A stretch of DNA of 64,000 nt. It comes from the human T2T-CHM13v2.0 reference genome, Homo sapiens. Location of the stretch: NCBI RefSeq assembly GCF_009914755.1, contig NC_060944.1; one strand, 5' to 3'. The translations under genes and the position numbers were made by a program. Under the pieces are notes generated by a model. The model saw only the letters and a list, made by a program, of their open reading frames with translations. It had not been told where the DNA came from and made no database searches. Positions 19,526 to 33,186 of this stretch are shown piece by piece; position 1 is the first letter of the stretch; each line of letters starts with the position of its first letter.

Positions 19526-19539
19526 GTTGCTATGGAAAC
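19526..19539. promoter_or_regulatory. RFX X-box motif GTTGCTATGGAAAC
   Basis: Near-perfect match to the palindromic X-box consensus GTTRCCATGGYAAC. Confidence 0.5.
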
Positions 19540-20581
19540 AATGAGGAAAGGAACGGGAGGGGACAGGCGGATGGGTGGGCAGGAACCAGGCAGTCACCAC
19601 TAGGACACACACCCCTGGCCCCTGTGGCCTAAACCCTGGCAGGGTGGAGAGTGGGGCAGGGAAAGCCCTCCAGCCCATCTGCAGGTACCAAATGCTGTCT
19701 TGGCCCAGGGGTTGCAGCTGCTGCCTGGCCAGGGGCAGCCCACGTGGGTGGCAGCATTCAGGATCACTGGCTCAGGCATGCATCGAGGGAGTGTCCAGCA
19801 TTATAACAGGAACCGCAACAGCCACAGCTCTCTCTTCCTGCACCAATGCCAGGTACAGGGACTAACCCATATCTTGTCAGCCTTCTGATTAACCCCATTT
19901 CACAGATGAGGGAACTGAGGCTCAGAAAGATGAAGTCCCTTGCCCAGGACACACAGCAGCTGAATGGTAGTGCAGCCCTGGAGCCCTGTTCTTAACATGG
20001 GAACCAGCATTTATGAGGGATTAACTAGATCCATTCCTGCCCCTCGTGCTTTGAAGTTGGCCCATGTGCCCAATGAAACAGCCGTGGCCTGATGGCTCCC
20101 AAGGGCATGGAAGCCTCTGGATTTGGTGAGTCAGCTGCTGTCAGAAGCCGTTCACGTGTGTCAGGGACAATGAACACAAGCAGAAAGCCCCGCTTGACGC
20201 CCATGCTCCCAATCCTTTGTTGTCTGCTCAGGCTTTGCTGTGGATTTTTCCTTCCCCAGATTCAATGGATGCTACTTGAGTGCCACCCGGATAAACGGCG
20301 CGCCCTTCATTCGAGTCTGTTTCCATCCTCGGGCAAAACACCCACTGACTTCAGCAACTTCCACAGGCCCGATGCCCGGGAGCTGGCATGATGCACCAGG
20401 CAGTCCTGGAAACCCTGATAAATCGCCCACCTGGGCACCATTTCTCAGGGCAGCATTATAATTGTAGCAGCCAAATGTGCTGGGCCGTCTCAATGTGCCA
20501 AAGCCACCTGCAAACAGATGGGCCCCCAGATTTCCTGGAGGCCTCTGGGATGTTCAGTTTGAGGGGGTGCGGGGGTGCTGA

Positions 20582-21198
<617 letters not shown>

Positions 21199-21680
21199 TT
21201 ATCAGAGGCCACATGGGTGTGCACAGGGTGGAAACAAGCACCAGGGAAGATGTATCATTAACAGGTATGTGGGTGGGAGGATGCATGCACACGTCTCAGG
21301 GAGGGTACAGGCCAGACCCTCGTGCATGGAGAAGCAGTGGGAGGCATGGATGGAACTTTGAGAACGGGGCAGGCTGGCCATTCCCAACTGGAATCCGGCT
21401 GGGAGGAAAGGGGCTGGCCGGGGCCTTGCAAGGCAGGGGAAACATGTTGTTCACTTTTTTGTTTTGTATGGTTGGTTTTTAAGTGAAATTTGAGATTTAA
21501 AAAAAGTTAAACGAAACAAAACAAGGCGCTTTGGGCAGCACCATGGACCCATACTGGCCTCTGGGACTAGCAACAACAGCTGCTGGACACTTTTCTGTGC
21601 CAGCAAAAGCTGGCGTCTTCAGGGACAGTCCACTCTTAGATGGCCCCCGCCCTAGCCCTCCAGCACGCCACCCCTGCTAC

Positions 21681-21792
21681 CTTTGGGTTCCAGGCCATTG
21701 GAGTTAAAGTGCATCCTCTTCTGACACTCCGTACAGCTCATCAGGAACCGGGTCACGGCCTCTCTCGGGAGGAAGGCATAGGTCTCTGCGAT
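21681..21792 (-). CDS. NOL4L: NOL4L coding exon (exon 3), 112 nt, phase 0-1: IAETYAFLPREAVTRFLMSCTECQKRMHFNSNGLEPK
   Basis: Acceptor ctcttctctcctccag|ATC, donor AAG|gtagca; NOL4-family peptide with CxxC; frame joins both neighbours. Confidence 0.96.
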
Positions 21793-23371
21793 CTGGAGGA
21801 GAGAAGAGCTTCGCTTGTTATATGGATCTGTGGGGAGGCAACTTGGCCATGGGGTCACCAAGGTCTGAGCTATGGTGGCAGGTGCTTCGGCTCTTGCAAG
21901 GAAAGTCAGGGATTTGAGGAGCAAGGGACAGGTGTCCTGGATTCTCAGCTGTGGCAATGAGACAGTACTTTTGTGGAAAACCATTTGTTTTAAAAATCTC
22001 AATAAAGGAGGTTAAAAATTGAAAAAGCAAACCCTTTAAACATTATCTAGTCTTTAACCTATATTCTAATAAGTAACATTCCTCAGAACATTTTATTGCT
22101 GCTACAAAAAAATGGGCTTACAAACATTGCTCTAGCGTAGGGTGAGCAGTTCCCCTCTTAGAGATGGATAGACTGAGACCCACAGATAAATTCACTGCCC
22201 CAGGCCCATACACAGAACCAAAGGTCCTACAAGCCATCTCCTGTGATCACTGACAGGTCAAGAACCTTCTTAGGAAGAGCTGTGAAGGGCTAGTACCAGG
22301 CATCAGACTTTTCAAACTAGACAGGCTCTGCAGGACCCCCATGTTCCAGGCAACTATGGCTTGGAGAGGTGAGCTGACTCCCCAAGGTCACAAGGAATTT
22401 TCAAGGCAGTGCCAGACTAAACCCCATGTTCCAGGTCACACCACTCCACAGTTGCCTCCAGAAGGCCTCCCCTAGTTGAGGAGGAGGACAGGGATGCAGA
22501 GGGCTGGGGGAGAGACACAAAGAAGGGAGGGAACATGAAAAAAGGGCTGGGTGGGGGAGTGGGGAAGAAGTGGCTGTGGGCCTAGGTGTCCAGCCCTTTC
22601 CTCTTGCTCTGGGTTTTGGAAAAGCCACTGACCCTGATTTAGCTGTCTGGTGGGGCCAAAGAGTCCCTTCAGTCCCAGGTTCCCTGGGCTGAGACTGCCC
22701 AGTTACTGGTTTTCCATGTGCTTCCTGGAGCCTGGGTCCTCCCGCACCTCTCCACTAAGGGGCAGCATCACCCAAGCGTTCCGCTGTCCTCGCCGCAGCC
22801 CGCAGCCGGGCTGGGAAAGTTGGCCAAGGGTGAGGGGCTGCTCTGCGCTGCGCTTGGCCCCGCCTTCCCACAGCAACTGCAGGGGTTTGCTCCTTTAGAA
22901 ATGCACGAATGTCCTTCTCCATCTCTGTGATGGCTGGAGGGTAGAGGTGGGCTAGGGCGGGGCTGGGGAGTGGAGTTGTGGGGGGATGCAGAAGGCTTGG
23001 GGTGTCCCAGGCTGTGGCTGGGCTCTTGGAGGACCAGCTCAGGCACAGCTTCCAGCTCAGCCCACTGGCAGAGTCCAGGGGCCACTCTTGCCAGCTGCAA
23101 ATGCGAAGTTAATTTTGGTGACACAATTGTTATTTCTCAGCTGATTTGATGCTCTGTGGAGCAGGCAGGCTCCTTGATGAGTTATCTCCCTTCCAAATTC
23201 CCTGTCTGATTGCCTTCCTCTGGAGGTCAGGGACAAGGGCAAACCCCAGTGTCTCTGACTGGAGCAGCGGATGGGAGAGCAACATCAGGGATGCAGCTGG
23301 TCCTTGTCAGGTGTCAGGTCCGAGGGATGGGGCTTTTCTGCCATGCACACAGAGAGCTTCATCCCTAGCCC

Positions 23372-23982
23372 AGGCCAGGATAAATGTGGCCACCACTCTA
23401 CCCCTGGAGAGGGAGCCATTCCTGTGCCCTCAGTAGGCCAGGCAGCAAGAAGGGCCCTGCCCATCCTGTGTGCAGCCCTCAGCAGAGCAGCCCAGGGCTG
23501 CCTGGAAGTCTGGGGGCACGTTCCTCTCAGGCCAGCTGGGTCTGGAGAGAGATGTCTGGCTGAAGGGTGGCAGCTGCAGGAGCAAGTGTGCAGGAGGGAA
23601 GGGCGTGTGCTAGGCAGAGCAGAGGGCTGTGGCTGACTTGGGCCGACAGATGCCCCTCGGCTCCCCTGAGACGTGGCACCCTAGGTCAGGCCTCAGGAGA
23701 GCTCAGTGGAGGGCCCGGGGGAGGGTTGCACAGTCAGCTGGGAGAAGAGGGCCAGGTCCCTACCATGAGGGCAGCCCTACTAAGCTACCCAAAGCTTGCC
23801 TGCTCACCTGCCAATGGGCAGAGAAATATTTTTTAAAGGGCTCAGGGGGTCCTCCTGGCCTGGCTGCTCTGCTGAGGGCTGCACACAGGATGGGCAGGGC
23901 CCTTCTTGCTGCCTGGCCAGCTGAGGGAATAGGAATGGCTCCCTCTCCAGGGGTAGAGTGGTGGCCACATTTATCCTGGCCT
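23372..23982. repeat. Inverted repeat, arms 23372-23492 and 23862-23982 (121 bp, 4 mismatches), 369-bp spacer
   Basis: Direct base-by-base comparison; also visible as near-identical peptides in opposite-strand ORFs (ARINVATTLPLEREPFL; GQDKCGHHSTPGEGAIP). Confidence 0.95.
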
Positions 23983-26464
23983 TGGCAGGGACCCCAGCAG
24001 TGTGCAAAGGCTGGCTGGCGTGCCACAGGGAGGGGAGTGCTGAGCACACACCTTCTGGCCCTGGGTCCCATTGATGGGTGGAAGGGGAGGATAGAAGGCT
24101 GACAGGTGAGAAGTCCTTGGAACTGCCTGAGGGCCAGGGAGGGAAGCCCTGCCCCACAAGTCTGGATTGTCTGCAAGCCTGGCTTAGAGCTCCCTGGGGA
24201 GTCAATAAAGCGCAGAGTCCAGCCCAGCTCTGCACTGCCGTAGGGACCTGTATAGAGGATGACAAACCCTCCCCCTGCAACCTTCAGCAGGCATCTTCTG
24301 ATTCATCTTCCTGGCTTGCCTGGGACCAGAAATGGGACCTCCATTTCTGATTGAGTGCATGAATGCCCAAGGCCACAGGACCACAGAATGAGTCGAAACC
24401 AGGAGGACAATCCTAGCAGATGCTCTAGTTAATAGGATGGTGGTTTTCAGATGGTTTTAGATTTAAGCTGCAGACCCTGTTCTAGAAATAGACTCATACA
24501 CTGAAGCCCAAAACATGAAACAGATAAAGACAGAGCTGCTGTGTCTAAGGAGGGGAAGTTCCAGGACCCTTCTCCCTGCCCAACTGCCCTCCGCTGCCCT
24601 GGGCTGCCTGCTGCCTTGCTCCCCGGGCCTCCTGCCTGGACACTGAGTCCCGTATGTGAATTTGCCTTTCACATTTTTCCTGGTGGTAAAAAACAGGGAC
24701 TTCACTGGCAGAGAGAGCAGGAGCTATTTGCAGAGTCGCTGACTTGCAAGGCCCCATTTCACTCCCCAACTCAGAGGCCAACAAAGACAGATGAGGCCAA
24801 TTGGGGGGATTTGCACCACTTTACAAGATCCTCCTTCTGCCCTGAGGGTGGATTAGCACGTGGTGGGCCTGGAGCAGCTGCTGACCACATCTGGCCCCAA
24901 CTCCAAAGTGGCCTGGGCAGCTAGATCCGGACTGTGGAACCCGATCTGACCTACCAGCACCCTGGGAGGGAAAAAGGAAGCAAAAGGGCTTGTTCCAACC
25001 CAGAAGGGTGCAGAAATCAGAAAAGCAGGAAGGCCCCTTGGAAAAAGGACTAGCCCTCTGTGTGAGTTCAGGAAACTCTGTAGAACCAGCTGGAGCCTTC
25101 CTCAAACCCTGGTGCTGGAGAGACCTCCGAGATCCTCTGCACCTCAGGTCACACTGAGAAGCTAAGTGAGACAGGGACTTCCTACTCGAAATGGGAATCC
25201 CTGCATTATCCATTGCACATGGCCATCTAACTCCAGCTCGAATACCTCCAGTTTCAGAAAGCTCATTGCCTGCCCTATCTGATCCACGGGTGGACAGCAG
25301 TAGATGCCAGAAAGCTCTTTTCCCTACCAAATAACACGCCTCATTTAGTGCACTGAAAAAGTCTGCCACCGCCCTGCCAGTCCTAACTCCTATAGTACCC
25401 TCCTAGGCCTGGAAAAATCCAGAGGGGCCCTGTGCCCTAGAGACTGTCAGGCAGTCTGAGGATTCAGCGTTGGCAAAACACAGAGATAGATCCAAAAAGT
25501 CCTCAGCCAGGAGCTTGATGCGTACCCCGTGATGCCAGGCTGTGCCCCTCTGCAGCCATCAGCAGGGGTTTCCTTGGGGGCTCCTTCCACAGGCATGGAT
25601 GGGTGGGGGCCTCGTGTCTGCAGAGTGGGGCTGAAGAGCTAGGTATGGGTCGAGGAAAATGGGAGCAGATGAAGAGGGGCACAAAGGCATCCAGGCACCA
25701 CCCCCTGCCCCCAAAAAAGGAAAAGGGTGGCATGAGAAGGGTGACAGATGGGGAGAAGAAGGGGAAAAGGAGAGGAGGCACGTAGGGGAGGAGGGAGGTG
25801 TGCCAGCCCCTTCGGCCTCACACCCACGGCAGGAGGGCCCTGGCCTGCTCAGCTCAGCCTTGGCCCTGCTGCTGAAATTCCAGCTCTGTGTGCAGCTCAG
25901 CTGGCTCAGTGCCAGTCATGTGCCAGCTCCAGGCTGGGCAGCGGGAAGTGGGGCACGCGGCAGGCATATGGACGAGAAGCCAGGAAGTGCAGAGCAAAGG
26001 GCTGGATGTCCGCTTGGCCCAGGGATGCAAGTGCTGGCAGAACCAGCTCAGCCCTGCCCTCCCCACAGCATGGAGGCCGCAGACCCCTGCCTTCCTAAAC
26101 CGCCCAAAGAGTGCCTGTGGACGAGGCTTGATGCTGGACACCGAAGGGGCCAGGGAAACCACATGATCCAGCTGGCTCCAGCCCATCCGCCTGGACAACA
26201 GCAAGTCATAGGGCTTACTAGCTGACCACAGGAGGGTTGCAGAGAGGCAGGATGTGTGGTGGTCAGGGCACAGGCTCTGGGGTGGGTGGCCTGGCTCTGA
26301 ATGTCAGCTGACTGACCTCAGGCAGGTTATGTGTTTCTCTGAGTCTCAGTTTTCTCATCTTAAAATGGAGGTAACAACAGCACCTGCTTCATGCATGCAA
26401 CCTTCATACATGTGTAGGAAGTGCTGGTGTAGAGCACATGCTGACTGCTCAGCACAATGGTGAA

Positions 26465-27056
26465 TTTTATTTATTTCTTTTTGAGACAGGGTCTTGCTCT
26501 GTCACCCAGGCTGGAGTGCAGTAGTACAATCATAGCTCACTGCAGCCTCAAGCAATCCTCCTGCCTCAGCCTCCCAATCAGCTAGGACTACAGGCACACA
26601 CCACTAGGCCTGAATTTTTTAATATATTTTTTATTTTTATTTTTGGAGACAGAGTCTCACTCTGTCACCCTGGCTGAAGTGCAGTGGCATGATCCCAGCT
26701 CACTGCAACCTCTGTTTCCTGGGCTCAAGTGATTCTCATGCCTCAGCCTCCCAAGTAGCTGGGATTATAGGCATGCGCCACCATGCCCAGCTAATTTTTG
26801 TATTTTTAATAGAGGTAGGGTTTTGCCATGTTGGCCAGGCTGGTCTCACACTCCTGGCTTCAAGTGATCTGCCTGTCTCGGCCTCCCAAAGTGCTGGGAT
26901 TACAAGCATGAGCCACCACGCCTGGCCCCAATTTTTTTTTTTAAGAGAAGGGGTCTTGCTATGGTGCCCAGGTTGGTCTTGAACTTCCAGCTCAAACAAT
27001 CCTCCCATCTCAACCTTCCAAAGCGCTGGGATTATAGGTGTCAACCACCATGCCCC
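26465..27056 (-). mobile_element. Antisense Alu cluster (AluJ host split by a full Alu at ~26625-26926)
   Basis: Three Alu segments with poly-T tracts. Confidence 0.85.
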
Positions 27057-28627
27057 ACCCACAATGGTAAATTTAATGCTGAGAAAATGTGGTCTTGTCA
27101 GTGCCAAGGGGCCCATGTGGGCCCCAGCCTGGGTGCCTCTTCCTTCTTCTATGATCCTCTGGTGGAAATACCCTCAGAACTCCCTTCCCACAAGTCACTT
27201 CCCAAAGCACACAGACCGAGAAGCAGGAGGGGCGGGGAGACCATCACCATCTCCTGCCTTCCTGGGCAGACACCTTGCCTCTCTGAGGCTCTTGGCACAT
27301 GGGTCCATCCTTAAAATCCATTTAGGGCAAAAGCCATTTTCTGAGGACAAGGACTAACCGGATGGTTGCATTAAAAAAAAAAAAAAAAAGATGGGCCATA
27401 AGGGGAAATTATAGACTTTACAGCCACCTCCACGGTAGTCCAAAGCTATTTATACAAAGAACTTGGGGTGGGAAGTTTCACATCTGCCTTGGGTGGGGAA
27501 GCCCAGCCACAGAAGGGCATATCTCTAGAAGCTCCAGAGAAAGTCAGCATGGAGGACACTGGCTGACTGCAACTCAGCTGCCGTCTGACCTTGGACAAGT
27601 GACCCAATTCTCTGGGTCCCAGTTTCCTTAACTGTGAAATGGGTCCTCAGTGCCTCGGTCACAGGACTGCATCAAGGCTTGAATGAGCATGAAGGGCTTG
27701 GCTTTACTGGCTTCCCTGGGCACTGGACAAATGGTTCAGAGCTATGTATGAGCTGTGGATAGGCCCACATGTGGGTCAGCAGGAGATGGATCAGAACACA
27801 GGCAGGCCCCTCTGCAGGGTGAGGAGGGGCCTCTGGTCTGGCCAGTCCCATCTATTTCCACCTCCCTGGCATTTGTGATGCTTCCTGCCCCTAGGTTGCC
27901 TTTTTTGCCCTTATGCCTCCCCAAAGCGTAGAATGCCAGTACAGGTGTCACCTTCTCCACACAGTCCCCCGGGCTCATCTGTGTCTGGCGGTGCCTGTGC
28001 TAAATGCCCCTGAGCCTGGGTTCTTGCTCTCTCAAAGCGAGCCTTGGAGACATTTCTGCTTCTCATGTATCTTGTTTTTGCTCTCAGCCTCCCCACCCCA
28101 AATCCAATTGTGATCTCCTGGAGGGTGGGGAGCAGGTCCTTCGACTTCCCCTGGGGAACTCCCAGTCCTGACTTCACAGGATGAGCTCACACATAGGAAG
28201 AGCTCAGGACAGGCCTGGCATGCAGTAAATGCCATGCCATGAAGGCATTTGCTCCTCTGATTATTATCTGTCCCCAGCACCCCAGCCCCAGAACAGGCTG
28301 CAAGGGGCTGGGGGTGGTGTCGGGTGGGAGCAAGTGAAGCAGAAACGGGGAAGAGGAGGGCGCCTCCTGCCCTCATCCCTCTCCTTCCCTCCCTCTCACC
28401 CCCTTCAACCTGCTTTTCCTTTGTGCTCAGACCACAGATTCCCTCCCCTCGCCCTGTGAGCCATCTCTGGCTGCCGTGCCCTTGCCCTGTGCCCCCCTAG
28501 ATCCCCAAAGGCCGTTTCATCACGCCTCAGCTCCCTGCCCCGCCCCCCAAGCCCAACATGTGCGGAGCCCGTGGCCTCCTGCCAAGGCCTGGGGCTGCCA
28601 GTGGAGGCAAAGAGACAGAAATCTCAC

Positions 28628-28783
28628 CGCTCGGTAGGTTTTCTTCTGCCCAGCGTGCTTGGGGGCTTTGCCTGGCTCCGCTGAGCTCTCCACATGCATC
28701 GAGTAGATGATGTCAAAGAAATCTTCCACCACAGCGACCCGCTTCAGAGAGATGCCCTCTGGCTCCGACAGGCCATCTGCCCC
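28628..28783 (-). CDS. NOL4L: NOL4L coding exon (exon 2 of long isoform), 156 nt, phase 0-0: GADGLSEPEGISLKRVAVVEDFFDIIYSMHVESSAEPGKAPKHAGQKKTYRA
   Basis: Peptide recognised as NOL4/NOL4L N-terminal region; minus-strand acceptor ccctgtcgcag|GGG and donor GCG|gtgagat; frame continues into the next exon. Confidence 0.96.
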
Positions 28784-31129
28784 CTGCGACAGGGTGGACA
28801 AGCTGTGTTAGTGTCAGGAATGATGGCGGGGTGAGAACTGGGCCCTGAGGCCGGGGCAAGGGGTCAGGACGGGCAATGCCTCCGACAGTGGGTCTTGGGG
28901 TGGGGAGGGGAGGGAGCCTACCGAGGGGGCTCCCTGGAGGGGGACGCCAGAGTCAGGGTGGCTGCAGCTATGAAATCTACCAGCAACAATGGGCAGAGAA
29001 CGGCGACAACGAAAATACAAATTAAAAAACCAAGAGGCTCCATGTTCACAATTTCAGACAGATTGTGCCAGACTCGGGCGGGGAGCTCTTGAATCACACG
29101 CTGTGCCAAGACCATCCTGGAAGTCTCTGGGGAGGGGGGAGTGCTAAATAGATGCGGCCCCATCAGGAGCTCGCCAATTAGCAGTAACCTTTCACTGTGG
29201 GCCTGGGCTGGGGTCCCGGGGGAACAGCTCCGATCACCTGGGTGACTCCTGCCTCCGCCCTGGCCTTTCTGAAAAGCTTTTCGCGGCTGCCTGCCCTCCC
29301 CACTCCAGCAGCTGAGCGCCAGCAACGGCACCCGGGCCCTTTGTGTGTGGAGATGTACAGAATAACAGGCACGAGGCCACGAGGAGGTGGCAGGGCCGTG
29401 TGAACGGGGCGGCCGTGGGCCCCGAGCCTCTTATCAGGCTGGCTGAGTGGTGTCAGCTGGCCCGACTAGGTGTGCCAGGAGCAAGACGGGTCCTTCAATA
29501 GCAAACAGCTGTGGGGCTGACGCCTGCCCTCCCCTCCAGCAGGAAAGGGGGCTGCAGGGAAACCACAGGGCAGGAGGCTGGGGGTGAGGCCAGGGCCCGG
29601 AAGGGAACGGACTGCTGGGGAACTGCTCCGTGCAGGCAGTCCTCACAAGGGAGATACACAGACCCAGAGACACTAGGCTGTCAGCCACCAGCTCCTTCAG
29701 GGGAGTCTGTGGGGACGTTAGGGGGCTTTGAAGATCAAGAGCAAGCCATATGGAGGGAATTTGAGGGGAAAGGAAGCAGGCTTTTCTCTAAAAGTGCCCA
29801 AAAGACACATCTCCAAGAGAATTCTTCCCCAAAGGACCCCAACTCAAGGATGTCAGCAACAAGAGGATGTGGGCTTCGCCTGCTCCTTCTCAGCTCTCTC
29901 CAGCACTTACAACAGTGCCTGACACATAGTAGGTAGTCAGTAAATAATGACTGAATGACTGAGTGGTCATAAGTGGCAGCTGGGCAGGGTCACTTGGACA
30001 CACTCTGCCATGGTTTGAATACGGCCCCATCATGGAAGTGGCCCTGTGACCCCGAGCACTTACTGTGCTTCGAGCTTCAGGCCCTTTATCTGTAAAATGG
30101 GGATAACAGAAGCCCCTTTCCCATGAAGAACTGAGTTGTGTGTGCAGCACTTGGCACTGAGCCTGGAGTACAGGGATTGCTAGATATTGTTATTAAGAAG
30201 TGCTTTGCAGTTCACCATGTTTCCCCCAGGTATGAGAGAGCCGAACACCGGGGCAACCCTCGGAGGTTGTTAGGGTCAGGACCTGCCTGAGGTACAGTGG
30301 CTGGTGGATGGCACAGATGGCTTCAGACCTTGGACTCTGTAGTCCAAGTAGAATACAGGCCACACTGGGAGGTGACGCTCGCTCACAACACGTTCTGGCA
30401 CAGACAGGTCTTGGTTTCACCCAGTAGCTTTCTCGACACACCATGATGGCCGAACAGCAGTGTCTCTTCACCAGCAGCCCATTCAAGAGCAGAGAGCAGA
30501 TGGGGGGCAAAGGGCATCTGGGATGTGGGGTCCCGAGCCCCACAGCTAGCGGGCAGTGTCCCTAAGTGGTAACCCTGGGAGGTGACCTCACTGGCCCCAA
30601 CAAGGCCCTCTTGCCAGTGGCTTCCTTCCTGGTCAGAACCCATTTCAGTGGGACGTCTCAGATAGCACATATCTCTCTCTCTCTGTGTGTACAGGAGAAG
30701 CCACTTGCTGGTCCAGCTTCCTCGCTGTGAGATTATGGGCAAACCCTTCAACCTCCCCGAGCTTCATTTATGAGATGAGCTGTAAAGTTCCATGACTTTT
30801 CTGCTCTTAACCTCTCTCAGGAATCAATTTTACCTCTTTTGGGGAGTATCCCACCCCCTCCGACATCTCAGGCCATCTGTACGGGCTGATCAATGACTAA
30901 CTTGTTCACTATTGACCCGTAAATGCCCAGCATTACAGGGCTCTTCATATACTGCCATGACAGGGTTGGGATGGGACAAATATTATGATAGGTCAGTTAG
31001 ACTTTTAAAAAATTTTTTACTCAGCAAAGATATGGATTTGGGATGTACAGTTATAATACACTTCTAACCAGAGGTTCACATTGGTGAAAATAAACAAAAT
31101 GAACCTTAAGAATGAATATAGCTGGTTTT

Positions 31130-31813
<684 letters not shown>

Positions 31814-32236
31814 CCTTAACATTTATAATCTGTGTATTTCTGTATGTCTGATAAACTTTAATTTAAAAAACAGTTTTTAAAAAGGATATCATGGGGGTAG
31901 TTCCACTGAATTTTTAAATTCAGGTAAAATACCCATGCAGAATGTACCATCTTTACCATTTTTAAGTATAGAGTGAAGTCAGCCACATTTGGATCACCTG
32001 AATCCAGAGGCATAGCTCTAGAGGCTTAGCTGCTTAAAGGCCAATAGACCTCCCTGTTCAAAATTGTTTCAGACCAGAACACAGATATTTCTGGAAAAGG
32101 AAGGAGATAAAATTTTGTGGGAAGGAATGGAGAAAGAAAGCAATCTGATGAGGAGACAATATTTTATGTAGGTGAGATGGAAATTTCCCCCTAACCAGCT
32201 TGTGGGGGCCTTAGGTGGGTTACTTTATTTCTATAC

Positions 32237-32522
32237 CTTTTTTTTTTTTCTTTTTTTTGAAACACAGTCTCACTCTGCCATCAGGCTGGAGTGCTCACTG
32301 CAACCTCTGGCTCCTGGGTTCAAACGATTCTCCTGCCTCGGCCTCCCAAGTAACTGGGATTAAAGGCGCCTGCCACCACACCTGGCTAATTTTTGTATTT
32401 TTAGGAGAGATGGCGTTTCACCATGTTGGCCAGGCTGATCTGAAACTCCTGACCTCAGGTGATCCATCCACCTCAGCCTCCCAAAGTGCTGGGATTACAT
32501 GTGTGAGCCACTGTGCCCGGCC
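32237..32522 (-). mobile_element. Alu (AluS), antisense
   Basis: Reverse Alu consensus; TSD-like tatacct. Confidence 0.9.
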
Positions 32523-33186
32523 TATTTTTATACCTCTTGAAAGTCAGTTTCCGCACCTATAAAATGGGCCTAAAAAGTGCTAGTTGGATGTTCCAAGGAT
32601 CAAGAATGTATGTCAGGCATCCAGCACATACAGACTTGGTTAATGTTCATCTCTTCCCTTGGACCCCTCTGAGTCTGGACATTTTGTGTTTAGGAATCTC
32701 CTCTTATCTCTGGTCCCTCTGACGCGTCCAGAGGGGACCCATGACAAAATGTGTCCCCCTCAGTAACACCCACCATCAGAAGAGATGCACAGTCTTATTT
32801 AATTCCTAAATAATATGCTAAGGCTCCCACAAACTTGGAATAAGCTTTCCAAAAGTCAAAGTGTAATTGACCAACCCAGATAAAAAAGCAAAACGTACTG
32901 TCCCATGTGGCCTGTCTCTTCCCAGCCTCCCACCTGCCCTCTTAGGTTGACTCTGGTAAACAACAGCTTTGCACCTGGTCCAATGTGACCATAAAATTAA
33001 TCCCAGCAAAATTATTCAGGGAAGCAGTTTTCAGTTAGTTCCTTCTTTAAAAATTGATCACTTTCTCCCTTAATGTTCAAATTTGGGTCCTGTAATCCAC
33101 CTATCTCTACAGCAAAGATTTACATAGGAAAGGAGAGGGCCTGGAGCGACCAGAACTCAAACCACGCAAGGGCTGCAGAGCCATAC

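Noticed and set aside
19037-19678. 213-aa minus and 149-aa plus ORFs
   Set aside because: No homology recognised; GC-rich intronic background
21535-21552. REST/RE1-like CAGCACCATGGAC
   Set aside because: Right half-site lacks the AG(C/T)GCC continuation; too partial to call
22337-22436. Short direct repeat ccccatgttccagg (x2); similarly cccacaactgggtg x2 at ~48780
   Set aside because: Only two 14-bp copies; not CRISPR-like or otherwise structured; consistent with slippage or chance
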